Positions 57,157 through 64,000 of a DNA stretch of 64,000 nucleotides are shown here, piece after piece; within the stretch, counting starts at the first letter, position 1, and the number at the start of each line of letters is the position of its first letter. A program made the translations under genes and the position numbers. Source of the DNA: Planctomycetota bacterium (GTDB lineage Bacteria; Planctomycetota; B15-G4); assembly GCA_965248575.1 (NCBI GenBank), contig CBDFJQ010000002.1:4825834-4889833 (forward strand), read 5' to 3'. The notes below the pieces were generated by a model. It had not been told where the DNA came from. It made no database searches and worked only from the letters and a program-made list of their open reading frames with translations.

Positions 57157-59563
57157 CCCGCGCCACCAGCGGGTGAAGGAGCTGTTCCAGCGGGCCGTCC
57201 ACTTGGATCGGGAAGCTCGCGAGCAGTACCTGCAGCAGACCTGCGCCGGAGATCCAGAGCTGTTGGCAGAGGTTGAATCCCTGTTGAAGCACCACATGGA
57301 CAAGACCCTGATCGCCGTAGCGCCTGACTCCGTGTCGCCGACGGTGCCCTCGGCGCCCGCATCCCTGCGTCGCGCCGCGGACGACTCGCCCGGTGCGAGG
57401 ACGCGGGCCTCGGCAGTCCGAGGGATCGTGCGCGCCAGCCGCGGTCGCCTGGCCTTCGGAGCGATGCTCCTGGTGCTCTTGGTGGTGTACGGCGCTTGGA
57501 CGTCGTCGCGTGTGCAGTCCTCCCTCGACACGCTGCTGGAGGACCAACTCCAGACCGTCCTGGATGCCAGCGCGACAGCCTTGCGCCAGTGGTTGGCGGC
57601 AGTCGAGACGGATGCACAGATGTGGGCGGACAGGTCCACGGTTCGAGCAGCAAGCCTGGCCCTGGCGAAGCTGGCCGACGAGAGCGCGGACCCGGCGACG
57701 GCCCTCGAAGGGTCCGGGCATCTGGCACTGTTGGTGAGCACCTTGGCCAGCGCCGTGCGCGATCCGAACGCCGTGGAGGCGGGGGTTGAGCCACTCGGGG
57801 GCGAGCGCCGGGAGTCGGTCTTGCTCACGCATCGCCGCTTCGATGGCTTCGGGGTCGCCAGCGCGAGCGGGCGGATCCTGGGGGGCTATTCACCGGGCGA
57901 CGAGGCTCAGGAGAGTCTCGGCGAGAGCATGTCCGAGGGTGGCCAGGCCATCCTGAAGCGGGTGCTGCAGGGGGAGACCGTGGTGGTTCCTCCCTACGAA
58001 ACGGGCTCCATGGTGCATGGATTCGTTCCAGCCTTGAGCAAGCCGGCCATGGTCGTCGTCACCCCGGTCCGTGACGAGGCAGGCGTGCCCATCGCCCTGC
58101 TGGGTCTGCTCATCGAACCCTCCGAGGAGTACAGCGCCATCCTCGAAGCCGGGCGGATCGGCGAGACAGGCGAGACCTACACCTTCAACGAGCAGGGGGT
58201 CATGCTCTCCGAGAGCGCCTTCCTGGACGACCTGCGGGCGATGGGCTTGCTGGCAGCGGACGAACCTTCGGCGGTGCTGCGAGTCCAGCTGCGAGACCCA
58301 GGCGGAAACATGGTGGAGGGGCATCAGCCTGAGCTGGCCCTCGCGGACCGGCGCCGCACCATCATGGCGACAGACGCCATCGATCGTCGCAGTTCGGGGG
58401 TGAACGTCAGCGGCTACCGGGACTACCGGGGCGTGGAGGTCGCTGGCGCCTGGACCTGGTTGAATGAATACGGCATCGGCATCGCCACCGAGATCGATCT
58501 GGCTGAGGGGCATGCGGCGATGCGTGTGCTGCGCACCTCCTTGAGCACGCTGGTCTGGGGCGTGTTCATCCTGGCGCTTGGGTTGCTCGTGTTCATGGCC
58601 AAGAACGTGGGCCTCCAGGCAGATGTCGACCTGGCGCGACAGTACGGGGACTACCGGGTGGTGCGCATCCTGGGTGAGGGCGGGATCGGCACGGTGTTCC
58701 TGGCGGAACACAAGATGTTCGCCCGGCCGGCCGCGGTGAAGGTCTTGCGCAAGGACCGCCTCACCGTGGACTCAGAGCTACGTTTCCAGCAAGAGGTCCA
58801 GCTCAGCTCCCAGCTCACGAACCCGCACACCGTGGAGATCTATGACTTCGGCCGGACGGCGGCGGGGGAGTTCTACTACGCCATGGAGTACCTCCCGGGG
58901 CTGACGTTGCATGAGCTCGTTGAGCGCTTCGGTGCCCTTCCCCAAGAGCGGGTGGTGCACATCGTGCGGCAGATCTGCGAGTCGCTGGCCGAGGCCCATG
59001 ACCTGGGCATCATCCACCGCGACATCAAGCCCATGAACATCCTGTTGTGCGAACGCGGCGGGCGGTACGACGTCGTGAAGGTGCTCGACTTCGGCTTGGT
59101 GAAGGACATGGGTGCGCCGGCGGATCTTCAGTTGACGCAGACTGAGCAGGTGACGGGCTCGCCGCTCTACATGGCGCCGGAGCGCTTTGAGGCACCCTTG
59201 TCCGTGGACGAACGGGCAGACATCTGGGCCGTGGGCTGCGTGGCGTACTTCCTGCTTGCGGGTCGAGACCCGTTCCAGGCCAAGTCCGTGATGGATGTCT
59301 GGAACCAGGTGGTCAACGATGACCCGCCCCATCTCCGGGATGACCTGGGCCTCGACGTGCAACCCTTCCTGGCCGCGATGGTGAGCCGCTGTCTGGCAAA
59401 GAGCCCTGACGAACGACCGCAGTCGGTGCATGAAATCCTTTCCATGCTTCAAGCCCTCGACATGCCCGTCTGGGGTCGCAGTGATGCACAGCGCTGGTGG
59501 TCACAGCGCGTCGATGAGTTGCCCAGCTCACCCAAGATCGTGCGCAGGGAAGAGCCTGCTTAA
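57149..59563 (+). CDS. Membrane Ser/Thr kinase with an extracytoplasmic Cache-like sensor and C-terminal kinase domain
   Basis: N-terminal RVKELF..CAGDPELLAEVESLL; TM; GYRDYRGVEVAGAW..IATEID (Cache-like); TM; LGEGGIG, HRDIKPMN, DFG, YMAPE. Confidence 0.93.
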   Translation: MADPRHQRVKELFQRAVHLDREAREQYLQQTCAGDPELLAEVESLLKHHMDKTLIAVAPDSVSPTVPSAPASLRRAADDSPGARTRASAVRGIVRASRGRLAFGAMLLVLLVVYGAWTSSRVQSSLDTLLEDQLQTVLDASATALRQWLAAVETDAQMWADRSTVRAASLALAKLADESADPATALEGSGHLALLVSTLASAVRDPNAVEAGVEPLGGERRESVLLTHRRFDGFGVASASGRILGGYSPGDEAQESLGESMSEGGQAILKRVLQGETVVVPPYETGSMVHGFVPALSKPAMVVVTPVRDEAGVPIALLGLLIEPSEEYSAILEAGRIGETGETYTFNEQGVMLSESAFLDDLRAMGLLAADEPSAVLRVQLRDPGGNMVEGHQPELALADRRRTIMATDAIDRRSSGVNVSGYRDYRGVEVAGAWTWLNEYGIGIATEIDLAEGHAAMRVLRTSLSTLVWGVFILALGLLVFMAKNVGLQADVDLARQYGDYRVVRILGEGGIGTVFLAEHKMFARPAAVKVLRKDRLTVDSELRFQQEVQLSSQLTNPHTVEIYDFGRTAAGEFYYAMEYLPGLTLHELVERFGALPQERVVHIVRQICESLAEAHDLGIIHRDIKPMNILLCERGGRYDVVKVLDFGLVKDMGAPADLQLTQTEQVTGSPLYMAPERFEAPLSVDERADIWAVGCVAYFLLAGRDPFQAKSVMDVWNQVVNDDPPHLRDDLGLDVQPFLAAMVSRCLAKSPDERPQSVHEILSMLQALDMPVWGRSDAQRWWSQRVDELPSSPKIVRREEPA

Positions 59564-59666
59564 CGGCTCTGTTGCTGGGTTTGGGGCACATGGCGTCCTA
59601 CACTCTGCTCGCCGTTGGTGCTCGGAGCTCCCGAGCCTGCGCGCATTCCTCTCCTGGAGACTGTCG

Positions 59667-59945
59667 ATGGCACGTCACCGATCTCGCGCCGGGGCAGCGC
59701 TGGCCCTTGGAGCGCTGCTCTTCCTGGCGCCCGGTTGTCTGGGCCCGCAACATGCGACGGGCCATCTGGCCAAGTGGAACATGGAGTTCGAGAACAAGTG
59801 GGCCCGTGAGGGTGTGTTCCTGCTCGTGTTCCCCGGCTACGTCCTCACGGGCGTGGGCGACATCCTGATCTTCAACTCCGTCCAATGGTGGACGGGCGAA
59901 AACCCCATCAGTCGCGCAGGCAGCGAACCTGGCCCCCGGTTCTAG
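59667..59945 (+). CDS. DUF3332-like lipoprotein
   Basis: Lipobox APGC; GCLG..NKWAREGVF..GDILIFNSVQWWTGENPI. Confidence 0.8.
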   Translation: MARHRSRAGAALALGALLFLAPGCLGPQHATGHLAKWNMEFENKWAREGVFLLVFPGYVLTGVGDILIFNSVQWWTGENPISRAGSEPGPRF

Positions 59946-59959
59946 GAAAGGAGTGAGTT

Positions 59960-60310
59960 ATGAAGATCTTCCATAGCAAGCGTCTCGTTCTGTGTGCGCT
60001 CCTCGTGGGCCTGTGCTGCACCAGCTGCGTCGGGCCCTTCAACGCCACCCGGCGCATCCACACCTGGAATCGCGAGTTCGACAACCGCTGGTTGGGCGAG
60101 GGTGTGTTCCTCGTGTTCCGCGCCTTGCCGGTGTATGGCGCCGCGGCGGTCGGCGACCTCTTCATCTTCAACTCCTTCCAGTTCTGGGGAGCGGAGAACC
60201 CCATCGACCCGGTTGACCCGGCACGCATCAAGGCACTCAACGCGGCGGACGATGCGCGCGCGGCAGGTGTCGAGCCGGAGCAGGGGCCCGACGAAGAAAC
60301 GGCTGAGTAG
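59960..60310 (+). CDS. DUF3332-like lipoprotein (tandem paralogue)
   Basis: TSCVGPFNAT..NRWLGEGVF..GDLFIFNSFQFWGAENPI; GGAG SD. Confidence 0.85.
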   Translation: MKIFHSKRLVLCALLVGLCCTSCVGPFNATRRIHTWNREFDNRWLGEGVFLVFRALPVYGAAAVGDLFIFNSFQFWGAENPIDPVDPARIKALNAADDARAAGVEPEQGPDEETAE

Positions 60311-60352
60311 TCGCCGCTGGTGGCACGTCCGGCCTCGGGGGCTCCTGAACCC

Positions 60353-61810
60353 TCAGTCGCCGGACGTGTCGCCGCCAGCCTTGGGGCTGTCCTGCGGGCC
60401 TATGGCCGCCCACTCGGCGGTGCCCTGCCAGCCGCCTCCCAGCGCACGGTAGAGCACGACCGTCGAGCTCAGCTCGGCGCGTCGGGCCTGTACCAGGCTG
60501 AGTTCGGCATCGAAGTGGTCCCGTTCGGTGTCGAGCACCTCAAGGTAGCTGGTCACGCCCCCGCGGTAGCGGTCCTGGGACAGGCGCAGCTGGTCCGCCA
60601 GGGTCTCCTGGATGCTCTGTTGCACGAGCCGGATCTCGCGGGTCTTGTCGTGTTCCACCAAGGCGTCGGCCACTTGGCGGAAGGCCTGCTGCAGCGTCGC
60701 GAGGTATTCGAGGGCCGCCTGCCGCTGCTGCGACTCGGTCACTTCCACATTGGCTTCCAGGCGGCCGCCGTTGAAGATGGGCAGGGAGATGCTCGGCAGG
60801 AGCTGCCAGGTGCCCGAGCCCGAACGCAGCAGGTCGGTGAGCTGCTCGCTGGACCCTCCGACCGAACTGGTCAGGGAGACATTGGGATAGAGCATGGCCC
60901 GGGCCTCACCGATGCGAGCGTTGGCGGCGATGAGACGCAGCTCGGCAACGTGGATGTCAGGCCGGCGTTCCAGAAGCTGGGAGGGGAGGCCCGCCGGAAC
61001 TTTCAGCTCGGCGCCCGATTGAGCGTCGAGGGAGCCGCGTTCCACCGGGCCAGGAAGGCTGCCCACCAGCACGCGGATCAAGTTCTCTTGTTGCTGTTGG
61101 AGCTGCTCGAGCTCGGGGATCAAGCGCAGCGAGGTGAGGACCAGGTTCTCCGCCTGGCGGAGCTCGACCTTGTTGGCGACGCCCTGCTCGAGGCGCAGGC
61201 TCACGAGCTCGGCGGACTTTTCACGCGAGGCCAGCGTGCGCTGTGCGATGGCGAGGCCAGCATCCGATTCCAGCAGGTCGAAGTAGGTCAGGGCCAGGTC
61301 GGTCACGAGCGACTGGAGGACCGCGACGCGCCCGTACTCGCTGGCGAGCAGTTCTGCCCTTGCAGCCTCCGTTGCCCGGTCGAAGCGCCCCCAGAAATCG
61401 AGATCCCAAGACAAGCTCAGCCCGATGGAAGTCTGTTGGCTCGAACGACCCACGCCCGGCGGGAGCGGCGTCGGGCCGTTGCCTGTGGTGCGGTTCCAGT
61501 TCTGCTGCCCGAAGGCATCCAGATCAGGCGAGTGGTTGGAGTTGATGACCGTGTAGCGGGCACGGGCTTCGAGCACACGCTCTGCTGCCAGGCGGGCGTC
61601 GAAGTTCTGCTGCAGAGCCGTACGCACCAGGGCCTGCAGCGCCGGGTCCTGAAAGACCTGGAACCACTCCAGGTCGGCGAAGGACTGCTCGCTGCTGGCA
61701 GCACCGCGAAAGGCCTCGGGTTGGAGCGGCTGCGGGGTCTGATAGTCAGGCCCGACGGTGCAGGCCGAGAGCAGGAGGGCAGCCAGGCTGAAGCGGATGG
61801 GGCGGCTCAT
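60353..61810 (-). CDS. RND outer-membrane channel lipoprotein (NodT/OprM-like)
   Basis: LSACTVGPDY; SWDLDFWG; RRPDI; PIFNGG; LYRALGGGW. Confidence 0.95.
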   Translation of the reverse strand: MSRPIRFSLAALLLSACTVGPDYQTPQPLQPEAFRGAASSEQSFADLEWFQVFQDPALQALVRTALQQNFDARLAAERVLEARARYTVINSNHSPDLDAFGQQNWNRTTGNGPTPLPPGVGRSSQQTSIGLSLSWDLDFWGRFDRATEAARAELLASEYGRVAVLQSLVTDLALTYFDLLESDAGLAIAQRTLASREKSAELVSLRLEQGVANKVELRQAENLVLTSLRLIPELEQLQQQQENLIRVLVGSLPGPVERGSLDAQSGAELKVPAGLPSQLLERRPDIHVAELRLIAANARIGEARAMLYPNVSLTSSVGGSSEQLTDLLRSGSGTWQLLPSISLPIFNGGRLEANVEVTESQQRQAALEYLATLQQAFRQVADALVEHDKTREIRLVQQSIQETLADQLRLSQDRYRGGVTSYLEVLDTERDHFDAELSLVQARRAELSSTVVLYRALGGGWQGTAEWAAIGPQDSPKAGGDTSGD

Positions 61811-64000
61811 GCCTTCTCTCCCTTGCTGATGTACTTCGACACGAAGCCCTGGAACACCCGATAGAGCACGGGGGTCACGAGCAGAGTCATGACGGTGGCC
61901 GCGAGCATGCCGGCGAAGACCGCGGTGCCCAGGGATCGTCGCGAGCCAGCGGCCGCTCCGGCAGCCGTGACCAAGGGCACCACGCCGAGCACGAAGCTGA
62001 AAGCCGTCATGAGGATGGGGCGGAAGCGCGAGACCGCCGCCTCGACCACGGCGTCGAAGACGCTCAAGCCCTCCTCGTGTCGCTGCTTCGCGAACTCCAC
62101 CACCAGGATGGCAGTCTTGGCGCCGAGCCCGATCAGGAGCACCAGGCCGATCTGGATGTAGACGTCGTTGATGTAGTCGCGCACCCACGCGCCGTACAGG
62201 GCCCCGAAGACGGCGACCGGCAGGCCCAGCAGAACGGCGAGCGGGATCACCCAGCTCTCGTAGTTGGCCGCCAGGAACAAGAAGACCAACAGGAAGCCGA
62301 GGGCGAAGATGACCACCTGCTCGCCGCCCGCCGCCTTCTCCTGAAGAGCCGTCCCCGTCCATTCGTAGCCGAACTTCTCCGGCAGGATGTCGGCTGCCAG
62401 TTCTTCCATGGTCTCAAGGGCCTGGCCCGAGCTGTAGCCCGGCGCGTTGCCGCCGCTGATCTCAGCGGTGCGGAACATGTTGTAACGCTGGATGAGGTCG
62501 GGGCCCGTGGTGGAACCGATGGTCGCCATGGTCCGGATGGGCACCATGTTGCCCGCGCTCGTGCGCACGTAGATCTGCTTCATGTTGTCCGGGTCGACGC
62601 GAAACTCCGGCTCAGCTTGGACCATGACCTTGAAGGGCCGGCCGAAGAGCGTGATGTCGTTGACCTGCAAGCCGCCCAGGAAAATCTGCAGGGCTGCGAA
62701 GACCTGGTCGATGGGAACGCCGAGCGTCTTCGCCTTGGCGCGGTCCAGTTGGAAGTCGATCTGTGGAACGTTGGCGCGGAACGCGCTGTACATGCCGGCC
62801 AGTTCTGGTCGCTCGCGAGCGGCATTCACGAGGTCGGAGCCCGCAGTCGCCAACTCTTCGAAAGTCGCCGTCCCACTGCGGTCCTGCAGCTCGAACTGGA
62901 ACCCACCTGCCGTCCCGAGGCCGGGGATGGGGGGCGGTGCGAAGGCCAGCCCGATGGCCTCGGGGTAGGCGCCGAGCTTGGCCCGCGCTTGGGCGAGGAC
63001 GCCGTCGATCTGCATCTCGGCCGTCGGGCGCTCGGCCCAGTCCGACAGCATGACCACGAAGGACGTGTTGTTGGAGGTGTACGCGTTGGTGAGCACGTTG
63101 AGGCCGCCCAGGGTGAGCACCTGCTCCACGCCGGGGATCGAGGCCAGGTCCTTCTCGGCCCGACTGGCGATGGCATCGGTGCGTTCCATCGAGGCGCCGT
63201 CGGGCAGGGTCAAGGTGGAGAAGAAGTAGCCTTGGTCCTCGTCCGGCACGAAGCCCAAGGGAAGCGTGTCGAGCAGCTGCCAGGATCCGTAGCCCATGAA
63301 GGCCAGGAACACGACGCCTACCACGACGGTGCGCACGAGGAAGCGGGTGAGCCCCGAATAGGCCTTGGTCGTGGCGTCGAGCCCGCGATTGAAGAGGCCC
63401 AGGCCCCAGCCGATGGGCCCGCGCATGGGCTTGCTCTTGCGCAGAATGAGCCGGCACAGGGCGGGCGTGAGCGACATGGCTACCACCGTCGACAGCATGA
63501 CCGAGACGGAGATCGTGAGCGCGAACTGCCGGTACAGCTGGCCGGTGATGCCGCCCATGAAGGCGACCGGCACGAACACCGCACACAGCACGAGGGAGGA
63601 CGCGATGAGCACCTGGGAGACTTCCTTCATGGTGCGCTCGGTGGCCTCGGTGGGGGACAGCCCCTTCGCGAGGTAGGCCTCCACCGACTCGACCACGACA
63701 ATGGCATCGTCCACCACGGTGCCGATGGCCAAGATGATGCCGAACAGCGTGAGCATGTTGATGGAGAAGCCGAGCACGCCGAAGAGCGCGAAGGTGCCCA
63801 CCAAGGAGACGGGGATGGCGATCATGGGGATCAGCGTCGCCCGGAAGCTGCCCAGGAACACGAAGACCACGATCAGCACGAGCGCCAAAGCCTCGAAGAA
63901 GGTCTGCACAACCTCCTCAATGGAGGCCGAGATGAACTTGGTGTTGTCGAGGGCGATCTCGTAGGCGAGGCCAGAGGGCATGCGTTCGCCGAGATCTGTG
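61807..64000 (-). CDS. RND efflux permease (AcrB/HAE1 family), 5' end beyond the window
   Basis: GTVVDDAIVVVE, YRQFALTI, SLTPAL, AKTAILVVEFA, RFRPILMT. Confidence 0.97.
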   Translation of the reverse strand, partial: TDLGERMPSGLAYEIALDNTKFISASIEEVVQTFFEALALVLIVVFVFLGSFRATLIPMIAIPVSLVGTFALFGVLGFSINMLTLFGIILAIGTVVDDAIVVVESVEAYLAKGLSPTEATERTMKEVSQVLIASSLVLCAVFVPVAFMGGITGQLYRQFALTISVSVMLSTVVAMSLTPALCRLILRKSKPMRGPIGWGLGLFNRGLDATTKAYSGLTRFLVRTVVVGVVFLAFMGYGSWQLLDTLPLGFVPDEDQGYFFSTLTLPDGASMERTDAIASRAEKDLASIPGVEQVLTLGGLNVLTNAYTSNNTSFVVMLSDWAERPTAEMQIDGVLAQARAKLGAYPEAIGLAFAPPPIPGLGTAGGFQFELQDRSGTATFEELATAGSDLVNAARERPELAGMYSAFRANVPQIDFQLDRAKAKTLGVPIDQVFAALQIFLGGLQVNDITLFGRPFKVMVQAEPEFRVDPDNMKQIYVRTSAGNMVPIRTMATIGSTTGPDLIQRYNMFRTAEISGGNAPGYSSGQALETMEELAADILPEKFGYEWTGTALQEKAAGGEQVVIFALGFLLVFLFLAANYESWVIPLAVLLGLPVAVFGALYGAWVRDYINDVYIQIGLVLLIGLGAKTAILVVEFAKQRHEEGLSVFDAVVEAAVSRFRPILMTAFSFVLGVVPLVTAAGAAAGSRRSLGTAVFAGMLAATVMTLLVTPVLYRVFQGFVSKYISKGEKA

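Noticed and set aside
61811-62362. N-terminal extension giving a 669-aa outer-membrane factor
   Set aside because: It overlaps the RND permease in another frame; the lipoprotein signal begins at ATG 61810
1-64000. tRNA, rRNA, IS elements, integrases, prophage
   Set aside because: No matching structures or motifs seen by eye; short or degenerate elements could have been missed

Overview
GC-rich bacterial chromosomal segment with about 60 protein-coding genes. The gene content suggests an uncultured Planctomycetota lineage (inference): five ECF sigma factors, two of them beside membrane Ser/Thr kinases, plus sulfatase/sulfotransferase genes, secreted beta-helix and beta-propeller proteins, and DUF3332. 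I saw no rRNA, tRNA, CRISPR array, transposase, integrase or phage structural gene. Recognisable genes include pdxH, a signal peptidase I, an SNF2/SMARCAL1-type helicase, an MBOAT+SGNH O-acylation pair, DUF72, a hybrid histidine kinase, a type IV pilin, a GH26 hydrolase, split pqiA plus pqiB, and an RND efflux pump that runs off the right edge. The best candidates for new biology are: (1) a co-oriented trio of a Tat-exported PCO/ADO-like thiol dioxygenase, a kinase-type ECF sigma factor with no kinase, and a JmjC/FIH-like hydroxylase, possibly an O2-responsive signalling module; (2) a rearranged secretin-like protein interleaved with two copies of an unknown helical domain; (3) an ECF/minimal anti-sigma/dedicated signal peptidase operon; (4) two Ser/Thr kinases with unusual sensor architectures; (5) an in-frame deletion scar of a two-component system; (6) a C-terminal domain shared by two unrelated secreted proteins. 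All family calls come from motif reading by eye, not database searches, and many start codons were moved inward from the ORF track.
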